Shown here piece after piece: positions 52,284 to 63,636 of a DNA stretch of 64,000 nt. The translations under genes and the position numbers were made by a program. Under the pieces are notes generated by a model. The model saw nothing but the letters and a program-made list of their open reading frames with translations, was not told the origin of the DNA and made no database searches. The stretch comes from an uncultured Collinsella sp. (GTDB taxonomy: Bacteria > Actinomycetota > Coriobacteriia > Coriobacteriales > Coriobacteriaceae). Each line of letters starts with the position of its first letter. Positions within the stretch are counted from its first letter, which is position 1. The DNA is taken from NCBI GenBank assembly GCA_902489965.1, contig CABUCA010000001.1:3823-67822 (forward strand), written 5' to 3'.

Positions 52284-54475
52284 CCTCCGCTGACCTCCTT
52301 AAAAATGTGTCGATATCGCATGGCGACCGCATCGCGCAGAGGGCGCGTCGCCACGGAGTCAAGGGTGCAAGCATACCGCAAGAGCTCGACCGCGTCCAAA
52401 TGGGCCCACTCGATCAGCTCCTCGTCGGCATCCAGGTCGACAAAGCGCAGGGTCACACCACCATGCTGGCGGTACCCCAGGATTTCGCCCTCGTGGCGCA
52501 AACGCAGGTCCATTTGGGCGAGCGTAAAGCCGTCCGAGGTCTTTTCGAGCGACTGGAGACGGTCTTGCGCCGCCGATGCGCCGCCGTTGCCCTTGGAGTG
52601 CGTCATAACCAGGCAGGTGCCCGACACGCTGCCGCGGCCCACGCGACCGCGCAGCTGGTGCAAGGCCGCCAAGCCAAAGCGCTCACCGTTCTCGATGACC
52701 ATAACGGTGGCGTTAGGCACGTCGACGCCCACCTCGACCACCGTAGTCGAGACGAGCACGTCGATCTCGCCACGCTTGAAGGCATCGATGACCCGATCCT
52801 TCTCCCCCGCTGGCATACGGCCGTGAAGGCGCTCGATGGCAAGACCCGGCAACGCCAGACGCAGGCGGTCGAGCTCGGTTGCCGTATCGTGCAGTGGCAC
52901 GGGGACCGTCACGCGGCCCTCGTCGTCGCGGGCGATACCGGGCACGTCTTCCAGCTCATCGGCCGAGTCACTCGGCTCCACGAGCGGACAAATCACGTAG
53001 GCCTGCTGACCCTTTTCATGCGCCTCGCGGATGGCGCCATAGGCGAGGTCACGGCTCGACTCGGTGAGCACGCGTGTCGTCACGCCAGCACCAGGGACGG
53101 GCCGATGGCGAATGATGCTCGTGTCCAGATCGCCGTAGACCGAAAGCGCCAGCGTACGCGGGATGGGCGTCGCCGTCATAACGAGCAGATCGGCACCCGG
53201 TCCCTTTGCGCGCAGGGCGTTGCGTTGGCCGACGCCAAACCGGTGCTGTTCATCGATGACCACGAGCGACAGATGCTTGAACGCAACGTTATCCGAAAGA
53301 ACCGCGTGGGTGCCAAAGAGCACGTTAAGCTCGCCCGATTCCAGCTGTGCATGGATGCGCTCGCGCTCTGCGGCCGGCGTGGCACCCGTCAGAAGTGCCC
53401 AGGACATGCCGGCCTGGGAGAGCAGAGGGCCGGTCTTATCGGCATATTGGCGCGCCAGCACGCCCGTGGGCGCCATAACGCAGGCCTGCGTGCCGCTATC
53501 GGCAGCCACAGCCAGCGCGCAGGCGGCAACGGCGGTCTTACCGGTACCGACATCGCCCAGCAGCAGACGGTTCATCACGCGCCCGCCATCGCACATATCG
53601 CGCAGGATATCTTGGAACGCGGCCTCCTGCTCGTCGCTCAGCGAAAACGGCAGGGCTTGCTTGAGCACGGCCAGGTGCTCGCCCGCGGTGTGGGCATAGG
53701 GCACCACATCGACCAGGCCGCCGTCGTTGCGCAGGCGCAGCGCCAGCTGCAGGTAGAGGCACTCCTCGTAGGCAAGCCGTGCGCGCGCGATATCGCGCTC
53801 GGCCATACTCGATGGAAAATGGATTGAGCGCAGCGCGCGGGCATTGCTCATCAGGCGACGCTTAACGCGCAGCGGTGCCGGAATGGGATCAAAGGGATTG
53901 CCGACGACCTCGAGCGCGCCGCTTACGATGCGGCGCATCCACGCCTGGCTCACGCCATCACTCACGTAATGGACCGGCAGGATAGTGCCCGCGGCACGCC
54001 CTTCCTCGAGCTTTTCAAAGTGCGGCGAGGCCATCTGCTTAAAACCGTAGGCAAACTCAACCTTGCCCATCACGGCCAGGCGGTCGCCCTGCTTAAGCTG
54101 CTGGGCAATCCAGGGCTGGCGGAAAAAGGCGACCTGCAGCACGCCTGTCTCGTCAACGAGTGAGACCTCGGTAACCTGCATGCGCGGACGCGGCTGCTTT
54201 TGGACGATACGATCGACCGTGGCGATGATGGTGCACACGGTACCGATGGGCGCCATCTCGATGGACCAGGAGCGCGTAAAGTCGAGGTATCGATGAGGGA
54301 TATGGAGAAGGAGGTCCCCCACCGTCCGAATTCCCAGACGGCGAAGGGCCTCCTCACGTTTACCCGAAACATATTTGAGTCGCGCAATATCCTCGTCGAG
54401 CGCATTGCTCTGGGCAAAGCGATCCGAGACGCGCGGCACGGAGCAGAGCTCGGACATGGGCAGATGCCTACTCAA
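52280..54475 (-). CDS. recG: ATP-dependent DNA helicase RecG
   Basis: Wedge/OB N-terminus, helicase motifs GDVGTGKT, DEQHRFG, TATPIPRT and QLRGRVGRG. Confidence 0.95.
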   Translation of the reverse strand: MSRHLPMSELCSVPRVSDRFAQSNALDEDIARLKYVSGKREEALRRLGIRTVGDLLLHIPHRYLDFTRSWSIEMAPIGTVCTIIATVDRIVQKQPRPRMQVTEVSLVDETGVLQVAFFRQPWIAQQLKQGDRLAVMGKVEFAYGFKQMASPHFEKLEEGRAAGTILPVHYVSDGVSQAWMRRIVSGALEVVGNPFDPIPAPLRVKRRLMSNARALRSIHFPSSMAERDIARARLAYEECLYLQLALRLRNDGGLVDVVPYAHTAGEHLAVLKQALPFSLSDEQEAAFQDILRDMCDGGRVMNRLLLGDVGTGKTAVAACALAVAADSGTQACVMAPTGVLARQYADKTGPLLSQAGMSWALLTGATPAAERERIHAQLESGELNVLFGTHAVLSDNVAFKHLSLVVIDEQHRFGVGQRNALRAKGPGADLLVMTATPIPRTLALSVYGDLDTSIIRHRPVPGAGVTTRVLTESSRDLAYGAIREAHEKGQQAYVICPLVEPSDSADELEDVPGIARDDEGRVTVPVPLHDTATELDRLRLALPGLAIERLHGRMPAGEKDRVIDAFKRGEIDVLVSTTVVEVGVDVPNATVMVIENGERFGLAALHQLRGRVGRGSVSGTCLVMTHSKGNGGASAAQDRLQSLEKTSDGFTLAQMDLRLRHEGEILGYRQHGGVTLRFVDLDADEELIEWAHLDAVELLRYACTLDSVATRPLRDAVAMRYRHIFKEVSGG

Positions 54476-56129
54476 TCGAGAAGATCACGGGATAGAGCGG
54501 CTGCTCGCCACGATGGGCGTCGATCTCCAGGTCGGGCTGAGCCTCCTCGATAGCGTCGACGATCTCCTGGAAGGCTTCATCGGACAGCTCCTCGCCGGCC
54601 AGAATCGTCAGCGCGTCGCCCTCCTCTTCCTCCTGCATGCGGTTGATGCAATCGAGCGTGACCTGCTTCACGTCGGAGCCGACGACATCGATGGAGCCGG
54701 CAATGATGCCCATGACGTCACCGGAGTGAATTGGCGAACCGTCGGAGGCGCTGGAGTCGCGCACGGCGCGGGTGACCTCGCCATCGCGGACCTCGCTGAT
54801 GGCGTCGACCATAGCGGCGACGGCATCCTCGAGCTCGGAATCGGGCAGGACCGCGAACAGCGCGGAGAAGGCCTGCGGAACGGTCTTGGTGGGAACGACG
54901 GCGACCTTCTTGTCGGTGCAGGCTGAGGCAGCGGCCTCAGCGGCCATGCGAATGTTGCCGTTGTTGGGCAGAATGATGACCGAGGTCGCGTTGACCTGGT
55001 CAACAGCGCCCAGCAGGTCTGCAGTCGAGGGGTTCATGGTCTGACCACCCGACACGATCACGTCGACGCCGAGGGACTTGAGGATGTCTGCCTCGCCGGA
55101 CCCAGCGGCAACGGCGACAAAGCCCAGCGCCTTGGCGGGCTCGGCGGCCTTTTCCTGGTCCTCATGAATCTTGGCGGTACGGTCGTGGGCCTCCATCTCC
55201 ATGTTGTGGATAAAGACCTCGTAGATCTGACCAAGCTGAAGCATGTGCTCGAGCACCAGGTTGGGGGTGTTGGAGTGCACGTGGATCTTGTAATCGGGGT
55301 AGGCGCCCACGAGTAGCTCACAGTCGCCCATGGAACCCAGGAACTTAAGGCACTCATCCTCGTCAAAGGGAGCGTCAGCCTTAAAGAGGAACTCGTTGCA
55401 GTAGCGGAACTCCGAGCCCTCCCAGTCGTCGTTGGCCTCGATCTCAACGCGATTGAGGGCCGCGTCGCGGGCAGAGCCAGCGGAATCAAACGTGGCGGAG
55501 AAATCCTCGACCACGGTGCTGCGGCCAAGAGCGGCGGCAACAAAGTTCTCAAGGAAAATAGCAAAGCCAAAGGCGCCGGAGTCGACCACGCCGTTCTCCT
55601 TCAGAACGGGCAGCAGGTCGGGCGTGCGAGCGACGGACTGGTAGGCCTCGACGACGATGGCATCGAGCGCGTCCTCGGCCGAGAACTTCTTCTTTTCGCA
55701 CTCATCGGCCTTGGTCGAGACATCGCGCAGGACCGTGAGGATCGTGCCCTCGATGGGCTTGCGGACAGCCTGGAAGGCAACCTTGACGGCACGACGGAAG
55801 GCGAAGGCAATGTTGGCGGACGTAATAGGCTCGTCGGCAGAGACAAGGCCCTCGGCCACGCCGCGCAGAATCTGCGACGTGATAACGCCAGAGTTACCGC
55901 GGGCACCCATCAGGGAGCCGTGGGTGATGGCGCCGGCGATGGCTTCCATGTCGGCGTCGGCAGGAAGGGCGGAGAGCTCCTTGGTCACCGAGGCAAGCGT
56001 GAGCGACATATTGGTGCCGGTATCGCCATCGGGTACGGGGAAGACGTTGAGCTTATTGATCTCCTCGGCCTTGTCGGAAACGGCAGCCGCAGCGATCGGA
56101 AAACAGGTGCGAATGGTCTTTGCAATCAT
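54468..56129 (-). CDS. DAK2 domain fusion protein YloV
   Basis: N-terminal Dak2 motif NVFPVPDGDTGTNM, C-terminal DegV/DhaL-like part. Conserved asp23-yloV-recG order. Confidence 0.9.
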   Translation of the reverse strand: MIAKTIRTCFPIAAAAVSDKAEEINKLNVFPVPDGDTGTNMSLTLASVTKELSALPADADMEAIAGAITHGSLMGARGNSGVITSQILRGVAEGLVSADEPITSANIAFAFRRAVKVAFQAVRKPIEGTILTVLRDVSTKADECEKKKFSAEDALDAIVVEAYQSVARTPDLLPVLKENGVVDSGAFGFAIFLENFVAAALGRSTVVEDFSATFDSAGSARDAALNRVEIEANDDWEGSEFRYCNEFLFKADAPFDEDECLKFLGSMGDCELLVGAYPDYKIHVHSNTPNLVLEHMLQLGQIYEVFIHNMEMEAHDRTAKIHEDQEKAAEPAKALGFVAVAAGSGEADILKSLGVDVIVSGGQTMNPSTADLLGAVDQVNATSVIILPNNGNIRMAAEAAASACTDKKVAVVPTKTVPQAFSALFAVLPDSELEDAVAAMVDAISEVRDGEVTRAVRDSSASDGSPIHSGDVMGIIAGSIDVVGSDVKQVTLDCINRMQEEEEGDALTILAGEELSDEAFQEIVDAIEEAQPDLEIDAHRGEQPLYPVIFSIE

Positions 56130-56156
56130 GGGTATTTGAATCTCCGTTTTCGGATG

Positions 56157-56513
56157 CTAGTTCAGACGGCTCTTGAGCGCGTCGATATGGATGCCGATCT
56201 TAAGGCTGGCGGGATCGATCTGGGCGATTTCCTGCAGGGTAAAGGCAACGGAGCTCGAAAGATTATGGCAGACGGACTTCATGTTGACGCCGTTCTCGAG
56301 CACGACGTGAAGATCGACCGTAAGGCCGTTCTCGTCGGCGGAGACAAGCACACCCTTGCGGAGGCGCTGACCGGCAAGCAGGCGCACGCTCTCGGCGCCC
56401 TGGAGCTGTTCGGCCATACCGACGACGCCATAGCACGTCATCGCGGCATAACCGGCAATATCGGCAATAACGTCGTTCGAGACGCTCAGGCTGCCGTTAA
56501 TGGTCTCAGACAC
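56157..56513 (-). CDS. Asp23/Gls24-family protein (YloU-like)
   Basis: Asp23 pattern (SVSNDVIADIAGYAAMTCYGVVGM). Start at the GTG at 56513, preceded by AAGGAG. Confidence 0.85.
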   Translation of the reverse strand: MSETINGSLSVSNDVIADIAGYAAMTCYGVVGMAEQLQGAESVRLLAGQRLRKGVLVSADENGLTVDLHVVLENGVNMKSVCHNLSSSVAFTLQEIAQIDPASLKIGIHIDALKSRLN

Positions 56514-56672
56514 AAGAATCTCCTTTTCTTGGTGCTCGCGGCACCATGTCGTGGGAGCAATCACTGCAATATTCTACAACGACCGCGGCATGTTGAGGTG
56601 GCGGGCCTCGGGATTACATCCTCGACACGAAATGTTGATACGGTAACGTTCGCGAACGGCGATCGCGGCATG

Positions 56673-56702
56673 AAAAAACCCGCCGCATAAGCGACGGGTT
56701 TT
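56673..56702 (-). terminator. Rho-independent terminator after the tRNA-Asn pair
   Basis: On the minus strand the stem cccgtcgc/gcggcggg is followed by TTTTTT. Confidence 0.75.
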
Positions 56703-56708
56703 ACAACC

Positions 56709-56783
56709 TGGCTCCCCGGGTAGGACTCGAACCTACAACAGCGCGGTTAACAGCCGCGTGCTCTACCATTGAGCTACCGAGGA
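56709..56783 (-). tRNA. tRNA-Asn (anticodon GUU), CCA encoded
   Basis: Reverse complement: TCCTCGGTAGCTCAATGGTAGAGCACGCGGCTGTTAACCGCGCTGTTGTAGGTTCGAGTCCTACCCGGGGAGCCA. 7-bp acceptor stem, anticodon loop CUGUUAA, T-arm GGTTCGAGTCC. Confidence 0.93.
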
Positions 56784-56816
56784 ATTTAAAGCCCAACGGA
56801 AAGGGCTGAAAAATTC

Positions 56817-56891
56817 TGGCTCCCCGGGTAGGACTCGAACCTACAACAGCGCGGTTAACAGCCGCGTGCTCTACCATTGAGCTACCGAGGA
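56817..56891 (-). tRNA. tRNA-Asn (anticodon GUU), CCA encoded, identical second copy
   Basis: 75/75 identical to the 56709..56783 copy, 108-bp period. Confidence 0.93.
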
Positions 56892-56921
56892 ATAGGTGCG
56901 TGCTCTCAAGCAACGAAGTTT

Positions 56922-56949
56922 ATTATACGGACGAATCAGCTTAGGGCAA
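56922..56949 (-). promoter_or_regulatory. Putative sigma-70 promoter of the tRNA-Asn pair
   Basis: Minus strand reads TTGCCC - 16 nt - TATAAT (perfect -10). The -10 ends about 30 nt upstream of the first tRNA 5' end. Confidence 0.55.
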
Positions 56950-57079
56950 GAACTTTTTTAAGAAATTTTCCGACCTAATCATTGGGGACGTTCTTAAACG
57001 AGTAGTCATTCAAGAACGACCCCAATGACTACGTGAAAGCGCCCCCAAGCGGATGTGCTTGAGGGCGCCTCTTGCTTGA

Positions 57080-58444
<1,365 letters not shown>

Positions 58445-58539
58445 AGTCCACAGGACTCAATACTTTAGCACACACATTGACGTCTATACCCAAAAAGAAA
58501 GCTGGATATAGACGAGAATACGCTGGTTGACCACAACAT

Positions 58540-60648
58540 CTAGGCTTGTTCGGTGCCTGCGGCCTCCAGGCCGATCAAACGAAACGGATCCGCCACGCCG
58601 CCGATCGACTTTTGCAGTTCGCGCTGACGCTGCGAGTCCTGCGCGGCCCGCACGGTCAGCGCACGACGGGCCTCATCATCGAGCGAACGATCCTGGCGCA
58701 GCTTGGCCTGTGCGGCACGCATGCGACGCTTGATGGTGTAGAGCTCGAGCGTATCGAGCATAAACGCGATGTTCGTCTCGGTGGGGTGCTTGCTCGTCGC
58801 CGAGATGCGCCCGGCACTCACAAGCGTTGCCGCCTCGGGACACACCGAGCGTGCCGCATCCATGCAGGCTGCAGGATCGGTTCCCGGCGGCGTTGCCAGA
58901 ACGGCCCATGCGATGGACTCGTGACGTGGGTCAACCCACTCGATGGAGCAGATGCGGTCGGCATACGTGCGGAACAGGTCGGGGTAGCTCGTGAGCATCG
59001 TCAACAGTTCGCGCTCCCCTGCCAAGGACTTGCGTTCAAGATCGGTAAGAACCATCGGCGCCGCCGCAGCCGGTGCGCCCGAACCGTCAGCCGCAGGCAC
59101 AGCGCCCATACCATCAGGCACATCGATCGGCGGCAAGTCGTCAACGACCTCCACTGGTGCAGCACCATAGGCATCGAGCGGGACGTAGTCGTACGGGTCC
59201 TCCTCGACCGGCGCCGCTACGGCCGGAGTCGCGCCCGATGCCCAAGCACCACGAGATGTCCCCTGCGAACCAGACGACCGACCGCCCGCGCTACCAGATC
59301 GCTCAGCCTGCGCCCGCTGGCGTTCATAGTTCTGTTCGCGGCGGCGCTCCGCATCCTCGCGCTTGGCGACGTCGCGAAACACGCGGCCCGAGCTCGCGCG
59401 CACGGTCTCCAGATCCAAACCCAACAGATCGGCAATCTGAATAAAGTACGTATCGATCATGTAGCTATCGCGCAGCGGATAGATGAGCGTGAGAGCGTCC
59501 TCCAGCGCCTTGGCTCGACCGCCCGGCGTGGTGATGTCGCTCGACTCCTGCAGCGAACGGTACACGAAGTCCATAAGCGGCTCGGCAGCGTCGATGCGCG
59601 CCTGCAGCTCCTGCCCACCATGTGCCGTGATGAACTCCATGGGATCGTTGCCGTCGGGCAGCACCACGCAGCGCAGGTCCATAGAATCCTGCTCGATAAA
59701 CTGAATCGCGCGGCGGGCGGCCTTCTGGCCCGCGGCATCGCCATCGAACATATACACGATGCGCTTGGCAAAGCGGGTGAGCGTCTTTACATGATGCTCC
59801 GTGAGCGCGGTGCCCAGCGTGGCGACAACGTTTTTAATCCCCGCCTCCCAGCAGGCGATGCAATCGGTATAGCCCTCCACCACGATGGCGGTATCCTGCG
59901 CGACGATAAACTCCTTGGCCCAATTAAAACCGTAGAGGTTTCGCTTTTTATGAAACACGCTCGTCTCGGCGGTGTTGAGGTACTTAGGCTGGCCGTCGCC
60001 CATAATGCGACCGCCAAAGGCAATGTTGTGACCCTGCTCGTCAAAGATGGGGAACATCACACGGTCGTAGAAGCGGTCGGCAAGCTGCCCGCGCCCGCGG
60101 CTCACGGCAACATTGGCGTCGATCATCTCCTGCGGGGTAAAACCCGCCTGGGACAGGTGTGACACCAGCGCGTTACGGCCCGGTGCAAAGCCCAGACAGT
60201 AGCGGCGGCAGACATCGCCGCCCATGCCGCGGCTGGCAAAGTACTCGCGCGGACGGCCGTCCTTACCGCGCATAAGCATAGTGTGATAGAACTGAGCGGT
60301 CTCGGCGCACAGATCGTAGATTCGGGCACGCTTGGTACCGCGCTCGCGGCGATCTCCGGTGTCGTGCAGCTCAATACCCGCGCGATCGGCCAAATAACGG
60401 ATTGACTCGGGAAAGCTCAGGTTCTCGCGCTTCATGATATAGGTGAAGACGTCGCCACCCTCGCCGCAACCAAAGCAGTGCCACACCTGCGTGGCGGGGA
60501 TAATGTGGAAGGACGGCGTCTTTTCGCCATGAAAGGGACAGCAGCCCCAAAACTCATGGCCGCGGGGCTTGAGCTCAACCGTTTCCTGCACGATGGCGAC
60601 TAAGTCGGACGCAGCGCGTACCTGGTCTTTTTCTTCATCGCTAATCAC
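58540..60648 (-). CDS. dnaG: DNA primase DnaG
   Basis: Zinc ribbon CPFHGEKTPSF...CFGCG, RNA polymerase core, TOPRIM (VVEGYTDCIA, DGDAAG). Low-complexity linker before the C-terminal domain. Confidence 0.93.
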   Translation of the reverse strand: MISDEEKDQVRAASDLVAIVQETVELKPRGHEFWGCCPFHGEKTPSFHIIPATQVWHCFGCGEGGDVFTYIMKRENLSFPESIRYLADRAGIELHDTGDRRERGTKRARIYDLCAETAQFYHTMLMRGKDGRPREYFASRGMGGDVCRRYCLGFAPGRNALVSHLSQAGFTPQEMIDANVAVSRGRGQLADRFYDRVMFPIFDEQGHNIAFGGRIMGDGQPKYLNTAETSVFHKKRNLYGFNWAKEFIVAQDTAIVVEGYTDCIACWEAGIKNVVATLGTALTEHHVKTLTRFAKRIVYMFDGDAAGQKAARRAIQFIEQDSMDLRCVVLPDGNDPMEFITAHGGQELQARIDAAEPLMDFVYRSLQESSDITTPGGRAKALEDALTLIYPLRDSYMIDTYFIQIADLLGLDLETVRASSGRVFRDVAKREDAERRREQNYERQRAQAERSGSAGGRSSGSQGTSRGAWASGATPAVAAPVEEDPYDYVPLDAYGAAPVEVVDDLPPIDVPDGMGAVPAADGSGAPAAAAPMVLTDLERKSLAGERELLTMLTSYPDLFRTYADRICSIEWVDPRHESIAWAVLATPPGTDPAACMDAARSVCPEAATLVSAGRISATSKHPTETNIAFMLDTLELYTIKRRMRAAQAKLRQDRSLDDEARRALTVRAAQDSQRQRELQKSIGGVADPFRLIGLEAAGTEQA

Positions 60649-61648
60649 GGATGCTCACCCCCTGCTCACCCAAGTTGTGACGAATGTCCTCGATATTACC
60701 CTCGACGGTCGCAATCAACTCATCCAGCGAATCGAACACACGCGAGGGACGTAGCCAGCGCGTAAACGCCAGCGAAACGGAAGCGCCATAGAGGTCGCCC
60801 GTATAACCAATTAAATTAGCCTCAAGATGCGCAGATGCCGCATCGTCGGCATACGTCGGCGGCAGGCCGACGTTCACGGCAGCGGGCCACACGGTGTCAT
60901 CGACCAGCACCAGGCCCTCGTAGACGCCATCGGCAGGCACCTGAAGGCCGTCGGGAACTTGCAGGTTTGCCGTGGGAAAGCCCATGCCAGAACCCTCGTG
61001 ACGGCCGCGAATAACACCGCCGCGCACCATATACGGGCGGCCGAGCAACTCAGCAGCCAGCTCCACATGGCCCTGTCCGAGCTCATGACGAATGCGGGTG
61101 GCGCAAATGGCCTCACCGCCCTCGCAAAGCAGGTCGTGACCGTACACGTCAACGCCGTGCTCGGAACCCCAGGCGCGCATCTCGGCAACACCAGAAGCAC
61201 CGCCACGACCCAGCCTAAAGTCACTGCCAACGCGAATCGATCGAATGTCGACCAGACGCGACACCAGCGAGAGAAAATCAACATGGTCAAGCGCCGCAAC
61301 CTCAGGCGTAAAGGGAACGGCCACCACCGCATCGACCCCAGTTTGAGCCAGGGCATGCAGACGGTCGGCCGTCGTCATCAATTTTTGAGCGGGCGAAGAG
61401 CTCACCACAATGTCCGGGTCGGGATCGAAGGTAACCACGACCGCCTTACAGCCATGGGCACGGGCATCACGGGCAAGCGCCGTAATGAGCTCCTGGTGTC
61501 CACGGTGCACGCCGTCGAACACGCCGATGGCAATCGATGCGGCACCCAGATGCTCGCACTCATCAAACGCATCGGCAGTAACGATGCGAGCCTCGTCCGA
61601 CTCGCCCGCGAAAAAGACTCGCGCGAGGTCACGAGCGGACAACATCAT
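60641..61648 (-). CDS. ribF: Bifunctional riboflavin kinase / FMN adenylyltransferase
   Basis: GVFDGVHRGH FAD-synthetase motif and a C-terminal riboflavin kinase domain (GFPTANL). Confidence 0.92.
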   Translation of the reverse strand: MMLSARDLARVFFAGESDEARIVTADAFDECEHLGAASIAIGVFDGVHRGHQELITALARDARAHGCKAVVVTFDPDPDIVVSSSPAQKLMTTADRLHALAQTGVDAVVAVPFTPEVAALDHVDFLSLVSRLVDIRSIRVGSDFRLGRGGASGVAEMRAWGSEHGVDVYGHDLLCEGGEAICATRIRHELGQGHVELAAELLGRPYMVRGGVIRGRHEGSGMGFPTANLQVPDGLQVPADGVYEGLVLVDDTVWPAAVNVGLPPTYADDAASAHLEANLIGYTGDLYGASVSLAFTRWLRPSRVFDSLDELIATVEGNIEDIRHNLGEQGVSIRD

Positions 61649-62577
61649 CGAACACCGCCGATTGCCTGCGGAAACACGTGTTCCATCACAAAGCGACCGT
61701 CCTCAATGCGGGCAAGCGCCTTGAGCCCACCATCGAGCACCAGCGCAAACGGCGCCTTCGAAGCATCGAAGTCGACAAGCGCGCGGTCAACGGGAATGCG
61801 CCTGCCGCAGAGCAGGTCATCGGCAAGGTTGCCCGGCAAGTCGACACGCGTGGAGCCCAGGGCCGCGATGGGGTCCAAAGCAAAGCCAGTCGCAGACTCG
61901 GGAGAAAGTTCCTCCACCGCATGGCAGACTCCAATGGAAACCACGCCGGATGCCGTCCGGCGTAGCGCAGAAATGTGTGCGGCACTATCGCACGCACGAC
62001 CCAAATCACGAGCGAGCGCTCGGATATAGGTGCCCTTGCTCACCGAGAACGCCACGGTCCACACACACGTATCACCTTCGCCGCCCACGGCGATCAGGTC
62101 GGCGGCATAGACCTCGACGGGGCGCGGAGGTAGGTCCACCGCATTGCCCTCGCGAGCAGACTTGTAGGCGCGAACGCCATTGACCGAGATAGCCGAAAAC
62201 GCCGGCGGCACCTGCATCTGCGGACCCAGCATGGCGGCCAAGTGTTCACGGGCATAGGCAGGATCGCGGAGCTCGTCGGCAACAGCCACCGTGCGGACCG
62301 CCTCGCCCTCCGCATCATCGGTATTGGTCTCGGCGCCAAACGAGATGTCGGCGACGTAGCTTTTGGTATCGAGGGTTAGCATGCCCAGCAGACGAGTAGC
62401 CTGGCCCACGCCCACCACCATGACACCCGATGCCATGGGGTCGAGCGTGCCGGCATGGCCGACGCGCCGCTCATGGAGGGCGCGCCGGCATTGCGAGACC
62501 ACATCGTGGGACGTGCAGCCCACCGGCTTATCGACGGCGAGCAGCATATTCAGTTGTGAAGGCGTACGACGAGCCAT
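61645..62577 (-). CDS. truB: tRNA pseudouridine(55) synthase
   Basis: GHAGTLDPMASGV catalytic motif. ATGA overlap with ribF. Confidence 0.92.
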   Translation of the reverse strand: MARRTPSQLNMLLAVDKPVGCTSHDVVSQCRRALHERRVGHAGTLDPMASGVMVVGVGQATRLLGMLTLDTKSYVADISFGAETNTDDAEGEAVRTVAVADELRDPAYAREHLAAMLGPQMQVPPAFSAISVNGVRAYKSAREGNAVDLPPRPVEVYAADLIAVGGEGDTCVWTVAFSVSKGTYIRALARDLGRACDSAAHISALRRTASGVVSIGVCHAVEELSPESATGFALDPIAALGSTRVDLPGNLADDLLCGRRIPVDRALVDFDASKAPFALVLDGGLKALARIEDGRFVMEHVFPQAIGGVR

Positions 62578-62592
62578 GTACCATCCAAAAAG

Positions 62593-63636
62593 TTAAAGCT
62601 CGACGGTCACCGAAGCGGGATCCTCCCCTACCAGCTCGGCCAGCATGGGAAGTGCCACGGCGAGCGTCTCGCGAATTGTTCCGTTGTTGGAAAAGCCGGC
62701 GGCGGCATGATGCCCGCCACCGCCAAAGTTGGCAGCAATCTCGGACACATCGAGGTCGCCCTTGGAGCGCAGGTTGCCACGCACCTTGGTATCGCCCTCA
62801 ATGCCCTTTAAGAACATGCAGACCTCGACGCCCATCACCGAACGCACCACATCGACCAGGCCGTCGCACTCGTCCGAGGTGACGCCGCAGGCCTCAAGGT
62901 CGCTCTGGTAGGCATAGCTATACGCCACGCGCCCATGCGCGACCGTCTTAATGCGACCCATGACAATGGACTTGAGGTGCAAAAACTCAACGCGCATGCT
63001 CTGATAAACCTCGAGCGCAACGCGCGCCGGGTCGGCACCGTGGGCAACCAGACGCGAGGCCGCATGGAATGCGGCGGCATCGGCGTTTTGGTACTGGAAA
63101 CGACCGGTATCGGTAACCAAGCCACACAGCAGACAGGTCGCAACGCCATCACGTGCGACAATGCCACAATTGTCCAAGAACCGGTCGATGATCATAGCGC
63201 AGGCTGCAGCTTCGACGCGCCTCAGACTGAGCTCGGCAAACTCCTCGCGCGCTGGATGGTGATCGAAGCACACCACATGCGCCGATCGACGCAGCACCTC
63301 GGCGGAGTTGTTCAGGCGTTCGACGACCGGCACGTCCACCGAGATGAACAGGTCCGGATTGCCGGTGTACGCAGATGCCGGCACCAGGCGATCGGAGCCT
63401 TCCATAAAGCGGTAGATGCGCGGAACCGGGTCATCGTCTGCCAGCAGCAGCGCAATATCCTTGTTGGGGAAAAACTTCATGAGCGAAAGGCCCAGACCCA
63501 ATACAGAGCCCAAGGCATCGCCATCGGGAGAAGTGTGTCCCGAAATCGCAATGGAGGACGCACCCTCGATGAGCTCGAGGATGCGTCGCTGAATATCTGC
63601 AGACTCGCACGAGGCGAGGTCGGCGGAATTAGTCAT
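62593..63636 (-). CDS. nrnA: DHH-family phosphoesterase (NrnA-type oligoribonuclease/pAp phosphatase)
   Basis: DHH motifs (HTSPDGDALGS, FDHHP) and DHHA1 GGGGHHAAAG. Position between rbfA and truB. Confidence 0.88.
   Translation of the reverse strand: MTNSADLASCESADIQRRILELIEGASSIAISGHTSPDGDALGSVLGLGLSLMKFFPNKDIALLLADDDPVPRIYRFMEGSDRLVPASAYTGNPDLFISVDVPVVERLNNSAEVLRRSAHVVCFDHHPAREEFAELSLRRVEAAACAMIIDRFLDNCGIVARDGVATCLLCGLVTDTGRFQYQNADAAAFHAASRLVAHGADPARVALEVYQSMRVEFLHLKSIVMGRIKTVAHGRVAYSYAYQSDLEACGVTSDECDGLVDVVRSVMGVEVCMFLKGIEGDTKVRGNLRSKGDLDVSEIAANFGGGGHHAAAGFSNNGTIRETLAVALPMLAELVGEDPASVTVEL

Noticed and set aside
56701-56913. 70-aa ORF with an internally duplicated peptide (GSSMVEHAAVNRAVVGSSPTRGAR twice).
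   Set aside because: It is a read-through of the two identical tRNA-Asn genes. The repeat in the peptide simply mirrors the tRNA duplication.
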